Shown: in pieces, positions 57,601 to 59,378 of the stretch
How the letters are laid out: the number at the start of each line of letters is the position of its first letter
How positions within the stretch are numbered: the first letter of the stretch is position 1
DNA from: Schizochytrium sp. TIO01
Lineage: Eukaryota; Protista; Bigyra: Labyrinthulomycetes
NCBI GenBank assembly: GCA_004764695.1
Contig: SMSO01000031.1
Location: forward strand, 410,436 to 474,435
Reading direction: 5' to 3'
DNA length: 64,000 nt
Position numbers and translations under genes: made by a program
The notes under the pieces: model-generated
Databases searched by the model: none
The model's input: the letters and a program-made list of their open reading frames with translations, nothing else
What the model was told of the DNA's origin: nothing

Positions 57601-57627
57601 AAACAGCGGCGTCGACGTAAAAAGTAA
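21088..57627 (+). CDS. Giant cell-surface protein (~12,180 aa): signal peptide, 2 LamG, 2 cadherin-like, ~60 IPT/TIG with nested EVQ-domain inserts, Cys-rich GCC2/GCC3-like repeats, multipass TM domain, cytoplasmic tail; interrupted by two frameshifts
   Basis: Three overlapping same-strand ORFs continue one IPT repeat array across both junctions, each of which falls inside a domain. Only the first ORF has a signal peptide and only the last has membrane segments. ORF1 and ORF3 are in the same frame. Confidence 0.8.
24642..39431 (+). CDS. Giant gene segment 2: ~47 tandem IPT/TIG (fibrocystin/plexin-like) domains
   Basis: This frame is open from 24642. A ~100-aa unit recurs: P.I.S..P..GP..GGT.I.V.G..F......C.FG.....A........C..P......V.VS.NG..F.....F.Y. 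The count is estimated from length. Confidence 0.9.
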   Translation, partial: PRTTSTFFPETSWKSLSVKYVKELEIATMKPPFLTVSLSPVQLFITTSEELAPYGHLECVLEFVGSQSAQVFLSSNIQILASNMLACQFELVSRIVNVSESGILCIRPVSWQQSNPLSCNEAGAFARNELPLMPAAMLHYIAPARVAQSGGNDIIVYGDFTSFLESYPQHPTATVLCKITGVYFPLQHVSAAIAVESERVVCIQPPLAVGEYHIQVSIDEGYTFSEDRFLLTVTDPFVVWGSHPRKIILGQSTMSSIKLLGTNLQAIDPAAQCAWYWTSNSSLLGTTQITQVDTDGSWLSCNIPEITSPTRMRVELFTDGVSLSSNAGTVEVEFLFLPKVIRLEPNHGLPGTKVIVHLDQPLSRVKASTWACVDESGHVLKKALWLQEKQMQCAFRSDEMLPSSIGVIDLEELESIEKIPTLNFTSWAVLTNEEDVIVSIHEHLDIFSGIPRKVHVRVEGLPLVAQVDREEFRCSFSTLGLVSGRSGVYDVKPQHSTSLSSTSAEFTCEIPSNFAGHLVNFTMYWMGGDVNLPGTAQLNILTPPRLQRVEPAIISPLMNTSTIDLLGSFTFGKNTLPSSYNWTCMFYATGIRLHTSPGVFVGTDRIRCAFDSFPETQLSGLVNVYLEVDGAPMCEHDGVAFIHVANTTSMGALLWPSTVHQNTSEELLISFEEAAEVHALLSSFQWVGCEFASQVQSASQSSSYAKGKLRANLFACNVPSTLQPGFFDVMIVGSHQSDGGTSKHTLIGIVNTLHVKSLGTVLDMTPTSALAGDTVEISVQLSLSLLDAMQPEDGFMDDILCRLEGSLTTSTVRFLSEDLTFTKFVCPLQLDVDEHGFYPLQVSLNGGLSFVTIDKDAATFAILPRPIVSKLFPDLGPQSGGTFLEITGENFPQDRELSCIFFNGNTSYKVPASSVSKTTLNCVTPEVEASAEKMYRIMFLSVSASDQLALGTAVDSSTVSFAFASDISLSYVTPTVGPETGGTEILMYGENFPVDAELLCRFGRTHIVRAKVFSPERAVCTSPPHPPTFEENPIAIELSINGIDFVGNPGANFTYVMLTRASFLQPDRGVVGGLLHVFGTGFRTSQTNKVLCRFGETITNVGEFISSSQIKCRIPDMGPNFDSNEIVSVQVSCNDGQDFTPFDENTGFRVEDIYKLVSISPKSGPVHGGTEIFLKLESPRLLDGDLVCIFDQDQVVQAHVVDDSSYSCIVPALKETTMTNMVSLHLIPVALLDTADIGGSTESQQMLYFQYDKEITLEQIWPQIIPEDIVTEVNVLGSGFRHDMDLLCRVGFNSQLSEARFITTTLVSCPIDPQNQRPGHVQLSLTANNQQFSNLVDLKIVATAYISTASPLSGSILGGTAIKITGTGFHSGNGFACYFGGIKALSSVVDSSTEAVCVSPPRTNAGPVNISISSNDGQHHGISTVPFLYTEPPKITSIYPPRGHVGSTVIIRGNFPDIAYDELTLCQMQNVTVLAHWANTTSIACEVPSELASLLDLKHPTLPLEIAVSVNGGVDFSLSARFTLARELSVSSIHPQAGPSTGGTRVVVSLAEEAETSIYLGPIICRFGQGALVVGKWVDRHSIACLSPALTAETLVEVAISTDGISFSTSPEYFKSESEMIISSLTPQEGALSGGFEITIEMQDDISILEIDAIYCRFAERITVPGRQINSKTIQCTMPALSHAGKLLVEVSFNNGKTFIKSDVSFLAHTRNLMTAQLRSYLAPTNSDSFLEISWPGLTTIDDADSDLTCRFGDLTSSIEIVDRATGRCKCSIPLHSVPGSTKLVLESSSLILADLGPVYLYEPFQVDRIFPDVLEEEQSHIWLWTRNLPSILTVVCSFDPIQTSKGSSGTMRRLASGTVTGEAVHCDVPRSLNPGEYSVSLSANEGINFSTAENTLTVLPYLQVTSLSPVAGPQSGNTPITVFSSVVDSFSIIERDPVFCVFQGLDGSQTWKETPATLISVDAGFAFSCRTPAQRTSGFATVALLRHSTRQSGAASHTLSKALLDSPKFRYEPAREEYLASPVAVPMTGNSQLSIIGAHFPRLDSEFTAIVSLPCGNDVETTCLVVSDTEASCIVPPSNEFGWASIILSKHPSAPGATNERVTFYMHQPYEISVLSPFGASELGGKEIIVQLDKPISGILRTLASEQTRCFFGADRSSPGRWVDSSHLECISPAMRPGKYTFSISFVQDAPTIGGGGTLIDIYDVETLTDISAPLVTRSGGQQVLLSGTNFAAGMKCRFGDLMVNANVVNTSTAVCTVPRRHLGPSRVAVQVSRWAIWDEAWSEHIDDFQTIYYHPDIAVENIEPRSVLSSHSLFMSLSGLNGSFFSQNELYCAFHGVVKTTSLAAMHEDGTLECSVPNLEAFENLGVYELFSVGIEMSSGNRVDLSISSRLHSMIEVYRLPKISLLRPLVFAQESLSSETNSIDMIGRHFSARIELLCYFFLPEDSSNSTHWVTQLTFLSSGMARCQVPHDLPLGIVAVQLANLSPTSNEAVKLPMDDSFTFLVIPQPKMESIYPKSVSVAGGQDVVVSGHGFSRVNSMPLLEVANLYCDFGGQRRTHAEVLNDTHVKCLAPHGSKPGSLNVSLFHADTEVGLIGGSARLTYTPHTQVRHLSPMFGSVAGGTTLTIIGQGLDSLSESLLDTEILACCFVDGQAGTGTQNFETSLLCTAANLVSSDTVECLTPENAWNLSDEERKTVGVFVSTAEMSESRLVRRGSKDQSLALFIMVPSPQIHSVYPRMVSELGGDILHLEGTNFLALDPTIQPLCIFGPGSSTQAQIVSPSKMLCKVPAHIPSKVLLRVSLNGIDTIEVSSSTIEFYTQATTTSINPTTGPASGGTLLTVSGNQFVQSENLSCIFHPTDGDLKSLRMTAHFTSATQVTCGAPRVKFDVDSYGVIDYYVEVSNSGESVVSNTSFVKSLGGLPTYSVHQDLGSFSAFPYLISAGSTTELTLSGSNLQNVQYCRLGTLQSPALVRAGGNMTCQFDLSLDQETLVGGKVFSLYLSSNLQDWTAVPHVITVAPSLSVNDLKPDRVDAHGDTIVSLLGTDFAMASKISCRFGLNTTSDAIWVSDSEIRCLFKQADKSLYAVGEVLPVYISVDGVFFRDTGKAIAIHSVVQVFSISPARGEVNRVHQISVQGQNFDFLDPNNVFCIASHPRSSLKGEDVVTPTIKMHAHIVSSEEILCESIAATTAMAYDFHLVTNGRDRAFSSHPLKWTLLHPPVITNIMPVAGSTAGGTQVTIFGTGFSITEQMKCTFGVHGEVAASFVTENVLTCQTPAIPKSSAGPLQVTVASSDSAIMARGSPMYRYLVVPIADSVLPSGVFAGSSVLPVIISGKDFVDTETASCHWFTEQSATMISTKATFLDETRIACNIPATNRPGLLRVVPTNDGHSGLLPLTMEVFDVPRCSGVSPTQLTARQHPTTIQMNFERPLGEEIRNSGMVFTCHIRNAIEQDLQEIVFSARLSVDGSSIECLGVSLSHEGRFHIEITANEAIIPGLCDRDLDVVSSATIYSATWTVPFVGGADIRIEGTGLENFPKPLRCIFGDIDSGQPKEHTEDVIICVAPPMESPTQVSLQLVDSRDYIQTTEIVVKYVEPVVIAEIKPTLVPESGGTKVYVRLERPSRLLYGSLHCRFGTILVEAIIEQNDLLSCIAPRITPSRVNFGILVGENDFAAAEDSITFIPHIAITSTSPAAGISYGGTSVTIRGTGFSSLGSLYCAFGKLPATPAEVADAETVLCTTPSALSLVQNEDEPRSVDFQLLGGEGVNVIVAEVKSAFSFYSSPQIDDLYPTLIPKSSGAMVSIYGSRMPQFGEVQCRLTQLGSATLHPAIQMSANQVDCMLNVGLLEVGESTVEVSFDSSYYFRAGKIIMHSPIELEAVHPLRISSAGGDPVIIRGSNFVRGSELQCRFGVRDMVPAEFFDSSTIQCRSPPGLPGPAMLAVSNNGRDFSSLGKSTYVEYAPLLAVDSIEPRTGSRSGGTKILVRGNHFDSSGLVFCRFQGPEKDEFALVPANVTSPTELQCRSPAWTEYDTSSVVFDVIKSSEWGFTENYAEFRDATFLAATTLHFTFHLDAQIGNIVPGFGPESGGTSLQVAGADFVASTSLQCIFNSQVWIPATFASSSLIFCSVPSIESLSMVENKGISVQVTNDGVSLSSALQFSYAASIETTQVYPSYVSAQGSASITIVGSGFMDSEHLQCRVGFLPPTHFQAIFLDPHRIRCMWDQTLIPGKYEVFVSNNAVDFEATTFTIEATIDQPMLQRTYISSSGGDELLVGPFQTARIQNAENLSCQIGNDRVPGLVNSDYVQCSAPPFLDFGWKTVTILAIYDGSGEDYDILWQRDDVVFVHAPLEIKQIQPHSLSWARSTQTRLFLTADIPSEISEYVSAEISYPNGITRILEVSKLTSSELLVDVPPATDLYMDSEDLGRSQAPLMVGIRLLVNGFGNEVSFIGRAAHRSDLLIVAMQPTVLVSGGRVNTPIVLTVDTDFLVSDDSDIMCRFGVQHVQGTRLGHSQLVCDAPRNVAVGSFLSLEVSIDGAQFTDSGFELEYIGNLEIMSLEPEFVPQGGSIIQIHGEEFPVFRDLLCRFRSGPYTKVTNGFRQSEKVITCLTPAQFELSSSYSSVSVDLVLPTALPGVYIELLQSSTTHEFAYISNIEVTDVTPRAGPARGGTLAYIRGNGFSDLHSLVCGFSLKSADHTFAKGTFGKGVTVTTTAEFISSNEVRCEIPAVDELAVGQGSSKQIEISVSSNGADFSQAFVIFRYEPIATISRLSPSHGPCEEGVLVTVFGNNFEDSANLQCRFGMSAPSKAVFISSEEIRCLTPRPLHQGPVALEVTNNGVDYSADVVLYSFMERPLIYHIEPTFGPVTGGTKVKVFGANFKEGTTCQFGIVTIPVSRLLSSNEVECEVPSLEINFSDESLIVNVSVHDAARAPK
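39388..57627 (+). CDS. Giant gene segment 3: 12 IPT domains with nested inserts, Cys-rich repeats, ~9-11 TM helices, cytoplasmic tail with coiled coil
   Basis: IPT units run to ~48950, CP.G.YC repeats span 48955-51339, hydrophobic segments span 54139-55680, and a charged coiled-coil tail runs to the stop at 57627. Confidence 0.9.
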   Translation: MSTFPYMTRLGHQNEGIVASWDATYAYGLSTVNYRYMPELELNSIYPPQGPISGGTRVLLSFTTFATVGSVRTTGFCKFFVEGTEENLLSSATLVSEDLIECVTPALSRSFGKRFHAQVTVTFNGQDFANQGLSFLYVANPQPQRLSNTRGPAHGGVALRIFGENFIRSPLTACQIEKDVVQASYISPDGSFMDCITPVNQRERNEIQEIHVSTSESPKRTTYEIDISSLPTQSEIHFLTFNASGSDPLTGAVAEIQHIQSNASTVLHGTFTMSFRNETTEALPFDVSANGMAAALNALNSIDGATVSRTVDDEGFHWYVTFHGNAGDLELLVANHSKLHSIASDDATVYVSSIRNGSSVAISSGSFTLAIENTVVELAYDVDATEMKEALDSLYGISGIQVTRSASSDLNGAFAWFITFPGTSPYSLAVANVSGLLPATAVKPFQERIQLGSTIGGNFTLSFADKETYPIELFSNAFTISNVIWQDLGLNVTLEESVENSSLWVKKMTVTFDDIPGVPNDLSVNISGVTGTLSEVSTRLIQHGVQELYGSFKLSFEGESTDSLSFDVNATELKSALEGLATIGSVNVLEESRTVSDVRWRVTFTSHGSPSNIGPLNKLQANSDRGIGTGFFLRTYKIQEGCCSVRVTIDGQQYSPPLSYRYDYKPSVDHVSPMFGSLNGGTVLHVKGSGFYEAATIACVFQGDVETPAKYVNETTITCHSPPYIAFREVPEQGNVSVTVRYPMFSSDSQDSNTQASFKYSSRLRIDHIVPDRGLSRGGLVAEVFLEHDVDESELESAWCIFASTSNDKLFTKANYSTEESVTCVTPPHEAGSVSVYITLNNQDISENAASYQYEEPLNLEYLSVIAGPRGGGTPIRLISSEIPRTEGLGCDFGARGIVPAQWLNENQVECIVPPLSLEETVLSGDIETLLLHTTSRSEDLNFGANASFSMESTYETILLSVSAATNCSVLDIEKSFYNGTERSWLIRTSCLEAIKQSASSELYFTDLFDSSIVVALTTNNVEFSNPLLFEVFDSPSVLQVVPLSAPLRGGTLVKIELDLNATALDVSCWFGAHMVSADVFHDGFQVECLTPLVELPQQVPLQVSANTGIDFFEGTFTFEFVNTLPAEILEIEPRFGPASGGTLLTLYGEALDGLDLDDQDIFCLFTNPIDTQVVDTTATLLMPSGSVQCLTPSQNNFSATQPKYVSLDIGVGEQRQVLTASHVKFTFDEDIVLQAIDPPYGLRFGGSDILVHAGPVPASRQYVDGQLLCQIGNQVVDAKLLQPGDIALLSCPVPRLEPEKQIESFGFSGSEPHPRVERIQVTSSAPTKEVGRIDFVASDFEKDVQNVTLLGGDATIYELSTTLEPSNRAQVVSISTSSSALYPETHSITVQADLEVQQTTARVILDVQASAEVHQVQRISVSAAQNLDGSFTLSYQNVSTGNILVSSSATDLENALSHIVSVTVSLDNDYDVSGIRHAWLVTFPIEEANPDLLALDDSNLEGEDHSFIVEEITPQALCEVQTIKINKAANGITVSYHGFESSLSLANSDISDSSKVETWIESIPAFGEGSVSVSQEQEETTFVVYQVSFEGINGDLDLLELSDEDSLVLQNRNGTSIHVHGFLNVDVYTETGYSALVSMDLSTVREDDLVRTLTSQFNGYDESLFSLRIDRSTPSNGNNGARTYIMTLPPYFEVKKSAVDQLVGTNTTVSVASSNGLDTASGYFTVQLQMGANGGLTASSSPIAFNASANELEDALHSLGLSFPPAEVNLVDSGPFTYSWLIKLSGPPKNASNGDPEYFVTNGASLNGFSVSTKKERSARLNEIQTIRTTTSSGLGRITGVFGISLGTVYGKVRGIPCDATEEYVRDAIHDQAPETGLVTVTREDIGTFEYAWTITFVELAGDLPMLSVDSSKLYSTLPGDDAFLEVKEVQKGDGGPLDGFFLLRCTSCGQVVQETKVPYDASATEMQTLVNSLLSQGGNASSVDSVEVSSEDLNGARTWTIYFAALKDDPLPPTLEVRMGGLQGSGADVSLKYASSPSIAEIQSIHLIPSLSDTITCFASGNEFNLSYGTSAAYLALSLQEALKSGEVIQVSRQDDSPNRTWYITYTDRVGDVPDDLLSCANSDVTIATQVNGTGQSLSGGFQLRYNGVSSDYLTFNASVGDIETALERINRAAISITRSSSPDINGGYSWNITSGREMEIDVVYADSLFGTNAVARFNPLTSLPDRNETFQLFYEMEYTRSLGFSTSASELQEALEALEKIDAVIVSRAGPDKYGNITWMITFMPLIDGEYTKNYGAQPIFTVDEEMLHRVDVQRVSYGTRAFDGNLTLSLGNGNSQTVQMGPEWSSTMLANQVHAALQSLYVNMTNEVDVIQTGPTVDGTVSWEFEMPWNGNEYDKLNVAATGFEGVATLASIGYSSYAEPELSGKFKLIVNNSIDSTEALFMNASAEELQLALEALVGEDTVRVVKLQQPQDQNNRNFFWDVTFLDDTFDNSEVSPILQLDVSEIAGPNDRVANVTVLDVETVNEMQIVTLLAKNNSALEGSFAFTLPQSWFPEPYSNFSASARTTAYLSYNATSSEVMRAMMEILSLHGYSTDAAQVLQVESLEESSWRLSALSELVGDLEPIIVQTSRLRSLANVSVVEKVNGTTKRISGALRLNVIGPCYDGECYTRALKLDITSSTTADDVKSALQVLDDPWLYTAQVFMEVTDNTGGRSWTVSFADGTPYRRLFVDTALSTLSGTRPWTRVDTWGLESPTGEVMVRLSINGQDFSLSEQSYEYLELPVVHGVYPNHGSTAGGTLVVILGEYLADPASARQLSCQFGDLAPIEAFAVNKSAVYCVTPAVGWAGPREVKVGPWGAATYAPSRVNFTFSEPLVIFGIYPRQIPLGQESEVRITGSGFVPSDELVCRFSVAQAAEQIKLLVTATWLDSFEVHCKFPAHAISVASNMHVEVSNNGLDFTSSSSDLLVFEAPNVTNVSPRSGAANRVGSKLVLSGSNFSSSPELACRFDGEIVAPAKFVNEGEVWCWTPVLNRSLDNFSLNRHLHTNGDFVFPDTHGFPLYQSRLVDLELSINGADFHQTGFRFLYTKEASLDTVSPAKGYIGTASGLHLFLQGSNFINSTDLSCQLGHFNGVATYLSPSAMVCHIRLSPDSHELTGQGRHFVVSVSNNGYDFSTDFVVFESLGQCPEGRYCSESTQALPCPPGAYCPGLGNANFTLCPRGTYQPMPGTQGCLRCPIGYACPENGMRVPRICPAGFVCDVTGTEEPRQPCPEGHFCLEGTATTATTCGDPSELSSELTPSRRLGELSGTIRKHRSPFGGDFVLGSRNSACWSNSTSDFGLQVTHYPGRFWSERHLLPLDPYTPFSPMRGRYCLDDSCMRLSDSDAMRVTDYAFTYTNFNLRRPVPCPAGTYCAPGTAVGESNMKNFTTPQPCFESMYCPEGSASPQGVGDCPAGFYCPFGTRLPCPPGTYCPREGMDTPLPCPPSTFNSMVGQTACVSCAPGYYCPGFGRVDPATCPHGFVCSEEGLSKPDTRCPAGFYCPNGTMTSDVFRNDTTRRPYPCYPGTYCPGGVGYNQSIEGDYLYAQPCAQGFYCELGSTSPKGAGLCPKGFYCPPGTAVPIPTAPGSFAYMEGTVQAAKCLPGYYAPTIETVSCYPCPAGTQCVNDGTSEALICPPGTYKTMTQPGESVVCKGCPAGTWSKNWELRDDSECTICPPGVTCPMDGMSFPCSYDDLPTPYTPTGLSESKYKCTNKGSNFYYGYLEWPIDERGRGPNLVTSTKVQGATEIIQDDEGNNITVTVQCYSNLQPEGSKVYQRFQDYHGPRYEIQSGGVYHQGYGDGTYEGYYGRGSLYIEQPVSNIYYSARNCTPGYFTYNTTSRTDSWVVGTCEADLICAYTNKAEAQPCNEGYICGNGTNALTALDIECAPGYYCDFGTTTDVSLEAPQGRYHDLCEEGYYCERGTGAGQAQSKSCPVGYFCPTGLGNPYMGLPAGDSLVRFLNETSANPFYDYLYIAMWDPENFEPREISAHDDRCFKGINEDLQETYRMKRTADGLYDGYISVAIENDLQCGRDHKWRLISDTIDRLRCDCDVFKARALLIYSLWDCTRNNNSDACAELASDADGFYAKFEYTTSELKFIKARKLCDHALDPSIECDDVPHGDLLVVETNATSTVVYDMETYCEGTDYPENCMLFKFRNDASQTHRRSMAFNSYDDLKAFVYSEEDNLIDDDDATTMGERLRDRYGITSSSSFDPYQGTFNTQVDNKMDCSQTDRCSYIDAILYDLWGSIQIIDEFGTDAKALLSSDRLDSCACQDLARCPDGTTSSTGATNIYACVKSGDEVLTRLMPLVPMNPIINMSGWEDTLEIMDREETDEEAAAGLFGDYVSDGYVGLGTIALKAWDIAVVTLDLRSVLRNMTYNDHYQLSIYLDCKPCQVRVICDSLDETERPDCCDCSRHGLPYWFEDVNYDPEDYPDDKHALVQVNIAAQRDLEVVFVLELVHGLYYGPFQDISPAAGDIVIHRPSRANWGERDQFIAVIVRSDFEDLGLPYNLPLSMRSSGSTSGSEYSQYEVEDDAFIDRVARIHIGDPDYGTRSNTEFSNSSASSRRRSLANYTSLDDLLNGGTSNSSNTTLEYVARDPSSLLARDDGWWDLVDDDGTDFFGLHYLPFMSNCREYDSHIYFSKVLEMHPEPYCTHVSLEETIYVSPYPWKHQTEPQADDCRLPPDELDALYAPDKFCVDSEDCKSKEAEYPGMGLSCTYEEEIYRAADKTRWYEASEGTTLFHITKYPVNVDDFVTSGSEKWGRRSNLAALVGTENLIPIEVEEDYGSQENLVPRKVYFYLMYYQYTAERKSIVYGSIRFDDMCTISDDPTVIEKFSKYDPPIGECDSDDYDYTVYFRWSPLGWFDLINNFQFSWDVYALFFMVVGFGSAMVGMVLWIFSRVLTRLKHPPPFKFFSFYRTVAKPSSYGMFLSSVPVALVGLVTLTWFTWLASDDASVSPSAVTFEGITGNFQDTLILTDSNRERYRKGRMGMVFIVSAFYMIYASVKLAIPANRFDERRRDERAKYGINRGDNDDLEELDDDELEASAAWRPRFWKRAHVILVSLVECLGLLAIFEFSYSNTFETYVMEFLVCFKISHMLFNIFLQDVLRDVLLIAPFVVVIQVVEMVVTMGSSDFMDFVVSYEVELGMMLVERLFAEPMVDHVLLMLPKWKLMFRRKFINNSRKMTRDQRAREEAEWKKVNELIALETEGVEPLLGAYASYVNSAQALMMAPFVNVFLIVFNKTTEIPDGYGIRETDLKFYFMFSLLIIPFTLAMDIFLLSVQELTLGFKMYEYVSYQQYRFSVRENRWQMDADTVDESIAPKLQFIDSLCFSSQYYFMAGLHAWGIVLFVFGVTVQIRNTYNLFADPMMPAILAVVLVLCVIVERLLRKIGDRLGIWKLRSLEGTVDDDVANKLAIGAGRQEDLEQERLELQAMNSERFRHRFLERNRPWILQHLAELLTPRTLQMPGPDGRPNIEYIRDVYNDLVAMGEGRRQAGDREDISSDEEDDQELMRRNWSKAPLSASSKAIAQYWLMRARQRRAFFKLVKGHIEKQVDDVCSQCGRNQQSGVQMFAELADENHKPDPRALDKLIREYEEAYPGKGFDGALWQAFFRGHAKFTTRCQICLDQQRQAELAKKREAMRGPGPGRVARAVDISSDEEDEADDDVYDPVIVSRTSVEGRAMSKWLNAARTRLGGDFPRPDAREQMKEYANRMKDAKLRKEARRKSRRGQGGARGVPSSSANPNAGRGEADSPIFGQVQLSAASTAILQRWVRNAQASLVTKGKQKMTQIRADLDDVLDHMREEDDWFYSSDFRQEGLGLRREGADLRDQAMALDGDAQIKISDLEQGLEAFRIETNQEIDSLTATLDEYIQQEKIKTIEEAEDKIQELTQTLQQLKDDFRLAPNLTAAQRTEKTKNHNQQVHDLEQRIANERAHQLEELEARLQDKRDELRGNIERLKQTLSVKRRETNEQILEIRQQVNSQVAPPETKFQRTALVYINKARRKIEAKKEEDAANDVNKQPLVKKQRRRRKK
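40000..41310 (+). other. Nested EVQ-domain insert 1 (4 opening strands + 4 bodies) inside one IPT domain
   Basis: The host IPT breaks after DCITP and resumes at SVRVTIDGQQYSPPLSYRY. Confidence 0.75.
43273..47667 (+). other. Large nested EVQ-domain insert (9 opening strands, 9 matching bodies, 4 complete side units) inside one IPT domain
   Basis: The host IPT breaks after LSCPVP and resumes at GEVMVRLSINGQDFSLSEQSYEY. Confidence 0.7.
48955..51339 (+). repeat. Cys-rich GCC2/GCC3 (ephrin-receptor-like) repeat region of the giant protein
   Basis: More than 20 CP.G.(Y/F)C..G / CP.GTY motifs. Confidence 0.85.
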
Positions 57628-59378
57628 AGTAGAAGTAAACCGAAAGTTCTGAAAAAATGCCATAATGGCGATATGACGTTGGGACCAGCAACAACTGGAG
57701 CAAAATAAGAGAGTACTCCGGTATACACTATAAAACTATCCAATTCAAAATTGAAATTATAAAAAAGATAAAATAAATATTTGAAATATAAACACAAATC
57801 AGAACACACAATCAAAGGATTACATAGCAAAGCAATACAAGACATGATCAAAAGTCTTTCCTGTATCTGTTGTGAGAGACTCCAAACTTGTAGTTTGATT
57901 GCCTAATACACTCTTTAAATATAGCAATCGTTCTTCACCTTCGTACGTGTTCTGGCAATGTAGTATGAAGAGCGCAACGAATGCCACGCGGCTATGGCTA
58001 TTTTCGGAAACACAGTACATTATAATTTTGTCTTGCGCTTGATACCGAGGAAATCAATTTGAATCGAATTCCTTGATTGCCTTTGGTATTTAAAATTCGT
58101 ACATTTACAGGGTAGTAGTACCTTGTTGTAAAAAATAGCAACATCTCTTCGTAGAGCTACTAAGGCAAACTCATATAGGAAGATCCGTCTAGAGGGTCCC
58201 TTTCTCATTTGTTGACACACGCCTTAATTCATTACTACTAGGAGTCGCCTCTAATTCTGATTATTGAGCTTTCTTGCTTCAGGTTCTTCAAAAAGGTGCG
58301 TAAGTATAATTGGTCCAACTCACGAAATCTTTTTTTATTTTATTCAAGACTTGCTCAGATCATAGCCTCTGAGAGAGCAGAGTACCCTTGGTTAGTGGAT
58401 GCTAGTTATCGTCCTTAATTCGTCACTCCAGGCTTAATGCCTACTTCGTTCACATGAAGAAGCAGAATGGTGAGTATTTCCTTGATTCTTTGGTTTCAAT
58501 TTACTTTCCGAATGCTCCTGGGGATACCTTATATCAATGGTGCTAAAGCAAGCATACCTGACGTGGAGGACTAATAGCAGCTAGGTTTTCAGACCTCCAA
58601 TACATGAGAGCACTCTGCTCTGACTTGAGTTCTTATCCCAAGGAAACCACAAGAGGTTAGAGGCTAGTAAGTACTGAGTAGCACTTAGCACTAAGCTACC
58701 TACCTACCTATGATCTCACTTTCAGTCTCATTTGTCACGTCAAAACAATCGCTCATTGGCTTCCTTTATTTTATCTCTTGAAATAGAAAAATGTTTCATC
58801 ACAAATGAATAGTACGACAACAGTACCTTTTTTTCTGTTTCCTTCTTCTTTTTTTTAAATAAAAGCAAGCTTCTATCTTTATTTCTCTTCTTCTAACTAT
58901 TTCTTATTATCACTAGCTAGGCATAATATTAGTTGAGTTATTCTTGTTATAGAAAGCAGAGTCAACTTTGCGAATAGCCAAAGCTTGCGAGATCGAGACC
59001 CGTGTGGTGCACCAGCAAGCGAGGAAGCCAGGACCCCAAACAAACCCTTGAGGCTCGGTAGTGATTGTGGGCCATCTAGAGTGGTTCTGTGGCCATCTGG
59101 AGTAATCCACTTGCAGGTGATACTCAATTGTGAGAAAGTGCTTTGGAACATCAGGAGCTGCTGCAATCGTCAGCTTGAGTGGAAGAACAAAAACTCAAGT
59201 AATCAGCACCAGCATATTGGAGACCTCACTAACGCACCTTGATTCTCAATCATCTTCACCAGCTCTGAAGTTGCAGACCTTTCAACAAACTGTACATTCT
59301 CAACGATCGCTAAAACTACCCTAAGGAGTGCTTCATAACTAGAACAACCAACTAAGGAGGGAAGTGGTTCCTGAAGTC

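Noticed and set aside
58454-59324. Upstream coding exons of the LRR gene
   Set aside because: Splice-like signals exist (58470 donor, 58952 acceptor), but the frames stop before the LRR exons; likely 5'UTR or a decayed fragment.
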